This document shows positions 54,677 to 64,000 of a stretch of DNA of 64,000 bases, piece after piece. A program made the position numbers and the translations under genes. The notes below the pieces were generated by a model. That model saw nothing but the letters and a program-made list of their open reading frames with translations. It ran no database searches and was not told the DNA's origin. The DNA is taken from positions 473,037-537,036 of the forward strand of contig PGXY01000002.1 of the NCBI GenBank assembly GCA_002839375.1. The letters are read 5' to 3'. Origin of the DNA: Spirochaetae bacterium HGW-Spirochaetae-1 (lineage in GTDB: Bacteria > Spirochaetota > UBA4802 > UBA5550). How positions within the stretch are numbered: the first letter of the stretch is position 1; the number at the start of each line of letters is the position of its first letter.

Positions 54677-57019
54677 ATGGCAATACGGTCACAGTTTAAA
54701 AAAATATCAATTATCGGTGCCGGATCCTGGGGCACATCAATTGCGTTGACGATCGCCGAAACGTATCCTGATATTACCATATACATGTGGGCATATGAAA
54801 AAAATGTCGTATCTTCCATAAATAGCAGGCATGAGAATATTCAGTTTCTACCCAATGTTATTCTGCCAACCAACATCCGCGCCACGGGAAGCATCAGGGA
54901 AGCCGTATCAGATTCCGATGTCATCCTCATTTCCACGCCGTCAAAGGTAATCCCGGACATTGCTCAGCGGATTCATAAACATCTTGATCCCAAAAGCCAT
55001 GTGGGTTTTCTGACAAAGGGGTTTTGTAAATATCAGGATGAAGTACTGACCATATCACAGACAATCGGAAAAATTATCCCGGAACTGAAGGACCGGGTAG
55101 TCGCCATATACGGACCGAGTCATGCAGAAGAGGTGTCACTGCACTACCATACCTGCCTCAATGTGGCGGGTAAAAACGTTACATCACGGAAGATATTCAT
55201 ACATTTTTTATCGTCGCATTCCATACAGTGCCGGGAAACTGATGATATCATCGGTGTCGAGATGGGAGGTACCTTGAAGAATCCCGCCGCCATCGCGGCC
55301 GGAATGATAAGTGTCCTTCCGAATTGCGGAGATAATCTGTCTGGAGCGCTCATTTCCGAGGCATTAAAAGAGATGCTGAAGATCGGGAGGTTGTTCAATG
55401 TTCGTGACGAGACTATCATTGATATCTCCGGTCTTGGAGACCTGGTCGCCACGGCTCTCAGTGACCACAGCAGGAACCGTCGTTTCGGTAAAGATATCGG
55501 CTTGCAGATCATAGAGAAAGGGAATGCGTTACGTTTCATCGATCGTGTCCTCCTCAGGTTCAAACCACAGTTTGTCCTGGAAAAGATGAGTGAAAATCTT
55601 CACTATCTGGCGGAAGGTGCCTATGCCATTGAACCCCTCATTGAACTGGCAGAAGCAAATGGTATTTCAATACCCGTTTATCGCTCTTTGTACGAGGTGC
55701 TTCTGAACAAGAAAGATCCTTCATTGCTCATCGAGACGATCAAAAATCCCGATAAGTTTGAGGAAATATACCGCCGTACTAAAATCCAGATCAGCGACAA
55801 GAAAAAGGGTCTGGAAAATGTGGGGGGCAGGGCCTTCAGGAGTATCATAGAAGGGAGGGTCCTCTCGTCATTTATTGCAGCCGATGGCAGCTCATCTGAT
55901 ACGCCTATTCCCCTGGAAAGTGTTATCAATAATATCAATGAATTGAGAAACCAGAGTAGCCTTTACGGTTCGAGTGTTGAAGAGAATAAAAGATTAAATG
56001 CCATAACAGACAAAAATTATGAGAAACCCCTGAAGAGACTTATCAATCATTATGTTGATGATGTAGCTGATCTCTACACTGTTTTCTTCAACAGGACTGG
56101 CATGATCATCCTCTCATTTCTGAGAGTGATAAACAGGTTGTCAGGCAATGGAGGAATCCTGGATATTTCTGGCGATGTAGACCAGATCCGTAATTTATCT
56201 GATATGGGAAATCCTCTGTATGTCTGCTCTTATAGTTCTATTTCTGACCTGTTTATCCTGATTTTTTCAATAAAAAAAGCCCGTCTGCCATTCCCCCGAT
56301 TCATGGTAGACAGTGACAAGGTGAAAACATCGCTGGAAAAAATGGCTATCAAGCTCATGGGGGGATTTATCATTGATGCATCAAAAATAAACAATATCGT
56401 GTACCGGGAAGTAGTAAAACAATACCTGTCAACGTTGACCGAAAATGGGGTCCCCTTTCTTTATTTTCCCGAAATTGCCCATAAAACATCAGTTCAGAAC
56501 GCTATAGGAGCTGATTCATTTTATTCTATGATTTCAGATATCATTTTCCGGCACACTGTTGAAATTCTTTTAATACCCATGGAATTGTCATATGCCAGTT
56601 CCATGGATGAATCAATCCTGTCATTGATGGCGCTTAGAAAACATATGAGCCGCAGCGCTATGATCAATTTTTCAGAGCCTGCATTTCTTTCGGAATTTAC
56701 CAAGGAAACCGAATCTATTACCACTTTAGGAGAAAAGGTACAAAAGATATGGAAGCGTGATAAAAAAATATTTCCCCATGTCATGGTATCTAAAATCCTG
56801 CAGGACAATAACTTTGAAATTGAATTGAAACAGCTGGAATCAGCTTCATATAAATATTTCAGAATATTGCAGGTTTCTCCTCCCAGCAAAATGAAAAAGT
56901 TTCTCAATGCCGGGGTAAATTCTCTGAAGAAGGAAAAGACGATTATAAAGGAAAATGGTATGCTGAAAGTCCTGAAAAGGATGGAGGTTGAGAATTACGC
57001 CGCACTCTTGTTAAAGTAA
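54677..57019 (+). CDS. gpsA: fusion: NAD(P)H-dependent glycerol-3-phosphate dehydrogenase (GpsA) + C-terminal PlsB-like acyltransferase domain with HX4D changed to YX4D (probable pseudo-acyltransferase)
   Basis: The N-terminal 340 aa carry IIGAGSWGTSIALTIAE and the GpsA fold. The C-terminal 330 aa align block by block with plsB in this window (VIAPSHKSHMDYL vs YVCSYSSISDLFIL; GAFFMRRSF vs GGFIIDASK; FAEGGRTRSG vs FPEIAHKTSV; ILKQYIKTL vs VVKQYLSTL). Confidence 0.8.
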   Translation: MAIRSQFKKISIIGAGSWGTSIALTIAETYPDITIYMWAYEKNVVSSINSRHENIQFLPNVILPTNIRATGSIREAVSDSDVILISTPSKVIPDIAQRIHKHLDPKSHVGFLTKGFCKYQDEVLTISQTIGKIIPELKDRVVAIYGPSHAEEVSLHYHTCLNVAGKNVTSRKIFIHFLSSHSIQCRETDDIIGVEMGGTLKNPAAIAAGMISVLPNCGDNLSGALISEALKEMLKIGRLFNVRDETIIDISGLGDLVATALSDHSRNRRFGKDIGLQIIEKGNALRFIDRVLLRFKPQFVLEKMSENLHYLAEGAYAIEPLIELAEANGISIPVYRSLYEVLLNKKDPSLLIETIKNPDKFEEIYRRTKIQISDKKKGLENVGGRAFRSIIEGRVLSSFIAADGSSSDTPIPLESVINNINELRNQSSLYGSSVEENKRLNAITDKNYEKPLKRLINHYVDDVADLYTVFFNRTGMIILSFLRVINRLSGNGGILDISGDVDQIRNLSDMGNPLYVCSYSSISDLFILIFSIKKARLPFPRFMVDSDKVKTSLEKMAIKLMGGFIIDASKINNIVYREVVKQYLSTLTENGVPFLYFPEIAHKTSVQNAIGADSFYSMISDIIFRHTVEILLIPMELSYASSMDESILSLMALRKHMSRSAMINFSEPAFLSEFTKETESITTLGEKVQKIWKRDKKIFPHVMVSKILQDNNFEIELKQLESASYKYFRILQVSPPSKMKKFLNAGVNSLKKEKTIIKENGMLKVLKRMEVENYAALLLK

Positions 57020-57967
57020 TGCATCCGCTGATAGATTCTGCCATATAGTGTATATGTCCGATGAGTTTTTTATCTCCACCGCCATAGTTCTGAATTTTAA
57101 CAAAATTCCATCATAGATAAAATGAATTTTTGATTTAACAGGAGAATCTGCAGACTCAAGTGAACTGTCATGCGGTACAATGACAATGTATTTCGACAGG
57201 GAGAGAATGTAAATTACCGAATCAAGATTGTGGTAGTGGTATAGTGTATGATAAATTTCTTCAGAGACATCGGCAATGGTCTTGATTCCCATATGGGCGA
57301 ATGTATCAGTAAAAGATTCAAATCGGTAAATATGGGCGGTTACTTTCATGTCGGATTCAAGAAATGAGGCAATGATGTTTTTTAATTCGCTGCCAATTCC
57401 TGCATAAAGATCGAGACTGACATTCCTGGGGAATTTTAAACTTCTGACGAGAACGGACCGGATCATGTCACAGAAATATTCGAAAGCACTGCTGGAAAAA
57501 TATGATGATGATGATATGGTTGCGATAATTCTGCTTTTTTCAACGGGATGCAGATAACGCGCCAGTAGTATATAGGAAAGCCTGTCGTCCCCGCTTATGG
57601 GCAGGGATGTAACGGTATCATTTTTAATAAGATTTCTTCCCGATTCAAGAATGGTCTCGGCAACAGGGATAAGGTTATCATTCCCTGTAAATATAACCGG
57701 TGACCACTTACCATCGATTTTTTCAAAGAGAGCGGTCAATTTGGCAAAATTATTAACAGTGTGATGATAGAAAATACCCTTTATATAGCTGCCCTTGTCT
57801 TCTGAGGCGGGTGTTTTTTCAAAACCTGCATATTCTTCCATGAGAGAACGATATGCACTTTTAGCCTGGCTGACTGAAATATCATTGTCGACAAAAGATT
57901 TGATTGCATCCTTTATTCTGATAAGCAGAGAATTTGATTGATTTTCCGTATTCATTATTCTGCACAA
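57011..57967 (-). CDS. hypothetical protein (318 aa)
   Basis: ORF with protein-like composition and a convergent 9-nt overlap with the gpsA-fusion 3' end. Confidence 0.45.
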   Translation of the reverse strand: MCRIMNTENQSNSLLIRIKDAIKSFVDNDISVSQAKSAYRSLMEEYAGFEKTPASEDKGSYIKGIFYHHTVNNFAKLTALFEKIDGKWSPVIFTGNDNLIPVAETILESGRNLIKNDTVTSLPISGDDRLSYILLARYLHPVEKSRIIATISSSSYFSSSAFEYFCDMIRSVLVRSLKFPRNVSLDLYAGIGSELKNIIASFLESDMKVTAHIYRFESFTDTFAHMGIKTIADVSEEIYHTLYHYHNLDSVIYILSLSKYIVIVPHDSSLESADSPVKSKIHFIYDGILLKFRTMAVEIKNSSDIYTIWQNLSADALL

Positions 57968-58021
57968 TTTAAGATTTACTTTGTAATATTATCGGTTCTG
58001 GCAAAACTGTGCAACGGTTTT

Positions 58022-59323
58022 TTACAGAGAAGATATTAATTTTTCAGTTATAGAAAGGGCCGTATCGTATATACGGAACGAACCGGTAAAAAGCAGTACA
58101 CGGTTGTCCACCGGCAGACCTGTAATGTTTTTAAGAAGCTGGTGCTCGTCCCGGGAAATGGAATGGAACCGTGGATGTCCTTCGATCTCTGGATCATAAC
58201 TCCGGTTATCATCGCCCGGACCATAATAATATAGTATGGGAATCGAAGAGCCTTCCAGTAAATTGAAAATATCTTCATAGTCCTTATCCTTCATAACGGT
58301 GATGATGGCGTAAATTCGGCCAAGCATATATTTTACACGTATGGTTTCTATCAATGCACGGATAGCAGATGGATTATGGGCTGGATCAAAAATAACGGGA
58401 GGTGTCTCCTGGATGATGAAGAAACGGCCAGGAACCTGTGTATCAGATACAGCCATCCGCATCGTTTCTAAACTCAGTTTCTTAAAAACCGGCATGAGCA
58501 TGATAGCTGCAGTCAGTGCCAGGGAGGCATTTCGCATTTGTTCATGTACGGGTGACTGAAGATTTACATTCTGTAAATGAATCTCTTCGTTGCTGTAATT
58601 AAAATCATAATTAAAGCAGACATGATGTGGCATGGATGGAATCCTGGCGCACCTGAAGTCTTCGCCGAGAGTAAGAAGTCGGGAACCCATGGATTTGCTT
58701 TCGCGTAAAAGGATATCACGGATTTCGGGATCATGGTTGGAAGTAATGACCGGGATATTTTTTTTTATGATGCCTGCCTTTTCAGCTGCTATTTTATCTA
58801 TGGTTTCACCCAGTATGGAAGTATGGTCTAACGAAATATCAGTTATAATAGAACAAAGGGGGATGATTATATTTGTTGAATCCTTTATTCCACCCAGGCC
58901 TGTTTCAATGATGGCAATGTCAACCGAACTTTCATGAAAAAAGAAGAATGCAGCTGCTGTGAGAACATCGAAATAAGTAGGTGTAATGGTTGGAAATGAA
59001 TTCATTACCTCGCGGATTTTAGTCAAATAGTTCCCCAGTACTTCGTCATCAATTGGCTCATTGTCCACCAGCATCCGTTCATTAACGCTGTGTAGATGGG
59101 GCGATGTATAAAGACCGGTTTTGTACCCGGCAGCTTGAAAAATAGTATTGAGGAACCATGCCGTGGAGCCTTTACCATTGGTCCCGGCAATATGGATACA
59201 TTTTATTTTACGATGAGGATTGCCGAGTTTATCAAGAAGCAAAATAATGGACTCAAGGGAATAACCGGTATATCGAGTTTGTTTCTCGTTATTTATGAGT
59301 TCCCGGAGTATGTCTGTAGTCAT
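58022..59323 (-). CDS. folC: folylpolyglutamate synthase / dihydrofolate synthase (Mur-ligase family)
   Basis: P-loop HIAGTNGKGSTAWFL and Mur ligase middle and C-terminal domains. Confidence 0.8.
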   Translation of the reverse strand: MTTDILRELINNEKQTRYTGYSLESIILLLDKLGNPHRKIKCIHIAGTNGKGSTAWFLNTIFQAAGYKTGLYTSPHLHSVNERMLVDNEPIDDEVLGNYLTKIREVMNSFPTITPTYFDVLTAAAFFFFHESSVDIAIIETGLGGIKDSTNIIIPLCSIITDISLDHTSILGETIDKIAAEKAGIIKKNIPVITSNHDPEIRDILLRESKSMGSRLLTLGEDFRCARIPSMPHHVCFNYDFNYSNEEIHLQNVNLQSPVHEQMRNASLALTAAIMLMPVFKKLSLETMRMAVSDTQVPGRFFIIQETPPVIFDPAHNPSAIRALIETIRVKYMLGRIYAIITVMKDKDYEDIFNLLEGSSIPILYYYGPGDDNRSYDPEIEGHPRFHSISRDEHQLLKNITGLPVDNRVLLFTGSFRIYDTALSITEKLISSL

Positions 59324-60195
59324 GGCTGTGCCGTATCGGATATGCTCGCCGTTCTATTCTGCAGGGCATCCTTGAGTGCCTCCCTCATAATTTCCAGAGG
59401 AGCCTGCATCTCGGTCCATAATTCGTATTGCTTTATTCCCTGGTAGAGAAGCATCTCGATTCCTTTAATAACATTGCAGCCCCTGCCAGTGGCCTCGGTG
59501 AGAAGCCGGGTCATGTCAGGAGTATAAACGATATCAAAAACCGTGTGACCGGCATGAAGTACATTTTCCCGCAGGGGCGTATTGTCAGTGTTGGGCGACA
59601 TGCCCACCGATGTAGTATTTATAATAATATCTATATCAGCCATATATTCCCGGGTTATTTCATCAAGGGATATGATTGAGATATCGTTATATTTTTTCAT
59701 GAGGTCCTTGGCCAGCATGGAGACCCTGGATATATCTCTGCCGGCTAGCGTAATGGAAGCGCCCTGCAGGAGGAGCGTAAAGGCGATGGCACGGGCCGAT
59801 CCTCCGTTTCCGAGAATGAGTATGCGGGCTTTTTCCAGAACAGGATGTACTTTCTGCAGTGCCATAAGGGCGCCATAGCCGTCAGTATTATATCCCCATA
59901 TAATTCCCTGCCTGTTTACAAGTGTGTTGACAGAACCGATATCGGAAGCGAGTTCATCGATTTTATCTATATATTGAAGTACATCGATTTTAAACGGTAT
60001 GGTGATGCTGGCTCCCTGTATAGCGAGATTTTTCATAGCTGCCAGTGCCTCTTTTATCGAGGTGGGTTCAAATGCCAGGTATACGGCGTCGATATTTTGG
60101 GCCTGAAAGGCGCGGTTATGCATGCTGGGTGATAGTGAGTGTTTTGCCGGATTGCCGAAGATGCAATACATTTTAGTTTTGGATGTTATGTTCAT
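59320..60195 (-). CDS. aroE: shikimate dehydrogenase
   Basis: MYCIFGNPAKHSLSPSMHNRAFQA...ILGNGGSARA NADP-binding motif. Confidence 0.85.
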   Translation of the reverse strand: MNITSKTKMYCIFGNPAKHSLSPSMHNRAFQAQNIDAVYLAFEPTSIKEALAAMKNLAIQGASITIPFKIDVLQYIDKIDELASDIGSVNTLVNRQGIIWGYNTDGYGALMALQKVHPVLEKARILILGNGGSARAIAFTLLLQGASITLAGRDISRVSMLAKDLMKKYNDISIISLDEITREYMADIDIIINTTSVGMSPNTDNTPLRENVLHAGHTVFDIVYTPDMTRLLTEATGRGCNVIKGIEMLLYQGIKQYELWTEMQAPLEIMREALKDALQNRTASISDTAQP

Positions 60196-60427
60196 TCTTT
60201 CACCCTGAAATATTCAATGTCATCACGCTTTTAATATAAAATCTGGATACAGAATTTTGTCAATGGAATATTGCACAAGTTTTCCTATCTTTGATATTTA
60301 TGTGCGCGTAATTAATGCTAAAAAATTTTAATCAAATCCAATAAAATATTTACATATGTTTCAATATTTCCTATATGAATTATGGAGAAATCTATAAATC
60401 ATGGTTAAGAAAAGGATGGTTCCTTGA

Positions 60428-61357
60428 ATGGACACAGTTGGGATAATTATAAACGCTAATGCTAAAAAAAACAGGAAGATGAAAAAGGACCTGGAATCAT
60501 TATACAGGGAAATCGGCGGCCAATATGTCGATGTACAGCTTACGAGCAGCCTTGATCAGCTTAGTGCTGTAATCCGTGATTTTAAAAAGAAAGGTGTATC
60601 CTACCTGGGAGTGGCCGGCGGCGATGGATCACTGCATCATGCCATGACGCGCGCCATGGAAATTTATGGAGAAGGAAATGTGCCGCCTCTGCTGATTCTG
60701 AAGGGAGGGACCATGGACAATGTTTCCAGGTCCATTTTTCTCAAAGGAAAAGGTCCGGAAATATTGAAACGTCTTATAAGCCGGTTGAAGAGGAAAGAGG
60801 CTATTTCACTGCAGACACGAAGTACAATGAAAATTAATGATAGTTACTGTTTTCTTTTCGGAACTGGATTGGTCACTAATTTTCTGAACGAGGTATACGG
60901 TGGCCGGGAAAAAGGCCTGGTCAGGAATCTCCAGGTTATATTTCGTGCCGTGAAGGAAATAGTGAGCAAACCGGCTGGAGCATCCATATTTGACGGGATA
61001 TACGGTGAATTCATTGTCGATGGGGAAAAACTGGATATTACCTATTCATCAGCTATCCTGAGTGGTACCGTTGAACACATCGGTATGGGGTTTTCGCCCC
61101 TGTCGCGTGCCTTGGAAAATCAAAATTCTTATCACGCCATTATCAGCGGTATTCCTCCCACCACATTTCTGAAAAACCTTTATAAGATAAAAAAGGGTAA
61201 AGCGATATGTCACCCGCTGAATTACGATATTTTGCTGAACCGATTGCTTATCAAATGTCCCGGCCCTTTTCAGTATACCATGGATGGAGATATTTATGAA
61301 TCACCGGGAGAATTGGAGGTTGTGCTGGGGCCGCAGGTTAACCTTGTATCGGTATAA
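60428..61357 (+). CDS. diacylglycerol-kinase-catalytic-domain lipid kinase (YegS/BmrU-like)
   Basis: GVAGGDGSLHHAMTRA (GGDG motif). 309 aa. Confidence 0.75.
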   Translation: MDTVGIIINANAKKNRKMKKDLESLYREIGGQYVDVQLTSSLDQLSAVIRDFKKKGVSYLGVAGGDGSLHHAMTRAMEIYGEGNVPPLLILKGGTMDNVSRSIFLKGKGPEILKRLISRLKRKEAISLQTRSTMKINDSYCFLFGTGLVTNFLNEVYGGREKGLVRNLQVIFRAVKEIVSKPAGASIFDGIYGEFIVDGEKLDITYSSAILSGTVEHIGMGFSPLSRALENQNSYHAIISGIPPTTFLKNLYKIKKGKAICHPLNYDILLNRLLIKCPGPFQYTMDGDIYESPGELEVVLGPQVNLVSV

Positions 61358-61381
61358 TGCCCACTCCTCATGACAGCAGCA

Positions 61382-63106
61382 TCAGGAGATGATAATCGTT
61401 GCAAGGAAAATGGCTATGGATAAAAAGAAATTGGCATCGATTATAAATTCATATCTCAGCGTTATCAGATATCTTATTTTAACCAGTCTGTTGATAAGTA
61501 CTGAATAATAGAGAAGGGGGAGTATCATCAGCAAAAAGAGAAATTGTCCTTCCAGGACTACATGGATTATGCACATCAGACTTGTGAGTGCGGTAAGAGT
61601 ATGTGTAATATATTTGGCCGCATCAATTCCGAGCCAGATGGGGATAGTGTCTCTACCCATGATGAAATCACCCTGAAAGGCTATGATGTCGATGAGGATG
61701 TGCCGAACCGTAATCATAGTGATTGTGAAAAGAGAAATAAATAGAATCGATGTCCATGGAACATGTGTATTAATGAGAGGAAGCAGTGTCGTGACAATGA
61801 GCCACCCTAAACCTGTAATTATTTTGGAATTGTAGACTTTGCGAGCCAGGGGAAAGCTAAGCGAGTTCATTATTCTTTTCACAGGAGATGTAAAATAACT
61901 GAATCCGAAGATGTAAGAAAACAGTAATAGAATAATTTGATCTAAACCGGAACTTCTCATCAAGTAGAACGACATGGGAATCGAAACCAGGGAAAAAAAG
62001 ATGAGGGCTTTCCCATATTTCTTATAAATTCCATATTTATATGAGTTGCTTTCCCGCAGGAAGGCCCTGTCAAAATAATTATTGAAAGAATACATGGAAA
62101 ATATATACAGCATGGAGACCACGGGGTAAGTTAACCCATGCTTTGCCGTGATTGCCGATTGAATAAACAGTGTCAGCATAAAAGCGAACAGAGATGAAAT
62201 AATATTTGTCCTTGTTATAAGTTCTATTACATTTTTTATGTGCTTGATGAAGAAATTGCTGTTCCTGAACTTAATATCATAGAGCTTCTCAAGAACGTTG
62301 TTGATAATCCATCCCGGCGTCGATGCCCCTGCTGTAACAAGAACTGATTTTGAATCGGTAAAATCCTTCCACTGAAGTTCCTTTTCAGTCTCCACATGGA
62401 ATGTCAGGAGCCCGTTTTCCCTGCCTATGCCGGCCAGTCTTGATGTATTGGCCGAGTTTTTCCCGCCTACGACAATAAGTGTATCAAATTTTTCCTCTAT
62501 GGCTTTTCGCACGTCATCCTGCCGATGCCGTGTCGAATCGCAGATGGTGTCCATCACCGTGAGATTTTTCAAGGATTTTTGGAGTATCGGAATGATTTTT
62601 TCAAAAAGGTCCCGGTCGAAAGTGGTCTGTGAGACCAGCAAATATTTCTCTGCAGGTGGAATTTCAGCTGCCTCAGTTGCTGATGCTATAATAGTCACAC
62701 CTGCCGATGCATAGCTTTTAAGTCCGATAACCTCGGCGTGATCGCTGTCACCCAGTATGATGGTATAATGTCCCTGTCGGGAATATTTTTTTATCAGGGA
62801 TTGTACATTGGCCACGCGCGGACACGTCAGGTTAATGCACCGTGTGGCCTCACTTTTTAGATAACGGTTATCTTCAATGGGTATTCCATGAGTTCTTACG
62901 GCAACTTGCTTCCCCTTTATTCCCGAGAGATCATGGATTGTCTGCAATCCCCGACGGTGAAGAATATTCACTGTCTGTGGATTATGTATGAGAGGGCCGT
63001 ATACAAAAATCGTTTCGTCGTTATTGTTGAGTTCATTGACGATCCTGAGGATGGCATTTCGAACACCGAAACAGAATCCCGAATGTTGAGCCAATTGTAT
63101 TTTCAT
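61382..63106 (-). CDS. ispH: fusion: IspH/LytB (4-hydroxy-3-methylbut-2-enyl diphosphate reductase) + C-terminal UbiA-superfamily polytopic membrane domain with degenerate Asp-rich motifs
   Basis: The N-terminal 280 aa have the three IspH cysteines (FCFGV, LTCP, ICDST). The C-terminal 290 aa form about 8 TM helices carrying NNYFDRAFLRE (vs UbiA NDYxDRxxD) and QGDFIMGRDTIPIWLG (vs DxxDDxxxGxKST). Confidence 0.8.
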   Translation of the reverse strand: MKIQLAQHSGFCFGVRNAILRIVNELNNNDETIFVYGPLIHNPQTVNILHRRGLQTIHDLSGIKGKQVAVRTHGIPIEDNRYLKSEATRCINLTCPRVANVQSLIKKYSRQGHYTIILGDSDHAEVIGLKSYASAGVTIIASATEAAEIPPAEKYLLVSQTTFDRDLFEKIIPILQKSLKNLTVMDTICDSTRHRQDDVRKAIEEKFDTLIVVGGKNSANTSRLAGIGRENGLLTFHVETEKELQWKDFTDSKSVLVTAGASTPGWIINNVLEKLYDIKFRNSNFFIKHIKNVIELITRTNIISSLFAFMLTLFIQSAITAKHGLTYPVVSMLYIFSMYSFNNYFDRAFLRESNSYKYGIYKKYGKALIFFSLVSIPMSFYLMRSSGLDQIILLLFSYIFGFSYFTSPVKRIMNSLSFPLARKVYNSKIITGLGWLIVTTLLPLINTHVPWTSILFISLFTITMITVRHILIDIIAFQGDFIMGRDTIPIWLGIDAAKYITHTLTALTSLMCIIHVVLEGQFLFLLMILPLLYYSVLINRLVKIRYLITLRYEFIIDANFFLSIAIFLATIIIS

Positions 63107-63112
63107 GGCGGG

Positions 63113-63985
63113 TTAATTCATTTTCATATTAAGAACATCTTCCTGGTCTTCCGGCTCATCAGGCTGTCCGAATTTTAAATTCAGCGGATCCCTTTTATCC
63201 ATGGGGGATTCGCCCCTCATATCCGCTGATTCCCCCTTCATGCTCGCCCTGGGCCTGGAAAAGGTCCCTTTGAGTGGTATGGTGATTTTACCTTTATTGT
63301 CTATAAAGGATGAAAGCAGAGGCTTGAATTCGGCGAACACTGTTGACTCGGGATCAAGTGATATGGAGAGGTCCAGTTTCGAATTTGGAAAAATTGGGGC
63401 CATAATTATATTACCGGAAATGGTCCCGCGGATGTCTGTTCCCGATATAAGAAACTGTTTTATTATCATCTTGTTGTTGGCAATTTCAGTATCGATCTGA
63501 ATAGAAGATATTTTGATAATAGGAGGCAGGGATATTCCTCCCATGCTGTCGGGGAGAGTCATATTTTCAAACTTGCAAAGGACGTTTTCCGTCATTAATT
63601 TGATAGTGCCGTCCGAGATAGAACCGGATTTGGGGTTAAAGGATACATCAATATTCCCGTTAATATTTCCGTCAATGCTCATCTGTAGAGAGGAATACTT
63701 AATACTGCTGATCTGAAGGTCGCCTTTGAAGGTATTGCTGAAGAGAAGGGAATAGGGGTTCAATGAGAGATTGGCAAGGATCTGCTTAATCGACAATTCA
63801 CTGCCGTTTTTAAAAGTAATATAAATATTCTCAAAAAAGGAGTCACCGATAAAACTGATGTCCATATCCTGAATAAAAATATTCTGGAAGGCTTTTTTTT
63901 CAAGTTTCTGCAGGTGCTGACGAATAATCATGTCATAGGGAAAAGTAAATATGAAAAAAATAAATGTCACAACTACAGACAGCAT
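63113..63985 (-). CDS. hypothetical membrane-anchored protein (290 aa), beta-rich, acidic C-terminus
   Basis: N-terminal TM helix (LSVVVTFIFFIFTF). It is S/I/N-rich, consistent with an extended beta structure. It sits immediately upstream of the ispH fusion on the same strand. Confidence 0.45.
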   Translation of the reverse strand: MLSVVVTFIFFIFTFPYDMIIRQHLQKLEKKAFQNIFIQDMDISFIGDSFFENIYITFKNGSELSIKQILANLSLNPYSLLFSNTFKGDLQISSIKYSSLQMSIDGNINGNIDVSFNPKSGSISDGTIKLMTENVLCKFENMTLPDSMGGISLPPIIKISSIQIDTEIANNKMIIKQFLISGTDIRGTISGNIIMAPIFPNSKLDLSISLDPESTVFAEFKPLLSSFIDNKGKITIPLKGTFSRPRASMKGESADMRGESPMDKRDPLNLKFGQPDEPEDQEDVLNMKMN

Positions 63986-64000
63986 TAGATATGTCTTGAA

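Noticed and set aside
1-64000. Searched for CRISPR arrays, IS/transposase or integrase genes, tRNA/rRNA and prophage signatures
   Set aside because: No repeat-spacer arrays, no DDE/HUH transposase, tyrosine recombinase or phage structural motifs, and no tRNA-like GC-rich islands were found. The window appears to be core chromosome.

Overview
This 64-kb window looks like ordinary chromosomal DNA from a low/medium-GC Gram-negative bacterium. The gene content is spirochaete-like: DUF1566 lipoproteins, many STAS/PP2C signalling proteins, an MCP, and frequent TTG/GTG starts. The lineage cannot be fixed from sequence alone. I found no rRNA, tRNA, CRISPR array, transposase or prophage signal. Roughly 55 protein genes are packed with short intergenic spacers and several clear hairpin terminators.

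Housekeeping genes I recognise with confidence: plsB and plsC (divergent from a TetR-like regulator), asnS, an M18 aminopeptidase, pta-ackA, hisI-hisG, trpB-trpA with an M17 leucyl aminopeptidase, dnaG-rpoD, folC, aroE, a diacylglycerol-kinase-family lipid kinase, a neutral ceramidase, an HU-like protein and an MCP.

Features outside housekeeping, all domain calls from motif-level reading without a database search:
- a partner-switching signalling locus at 21.3-25.7 kb, with two translationally coupled STAS antagonists, a REC-PAS-PP2C(SpoIIE)-TPR response-regulator phosphatase and a standalone MshEN-like small protein
- glycerol-3-phosphate dehydrogenase GpsA fused to a PlsB-like acyltransferase domain whose catalytic HX4D has become YX4D
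- IspH fused to a UbiA-superfamily membrane domain with degenerate Asp-rich motifs
- a PHP-phosphoesterase/Zn-ribbon N-terminus fused to a complete UvrD-type SF1 helicase
- a standalone class II aaRS catalytic-core paralogue directly upstream of asnS
- an orphan glycyl-radical enzyme with a 180-aa N-terminal extension and a palindromic tandem repeat in its promoter
- a 30-bp perfect inverted repeat between two convergent genes
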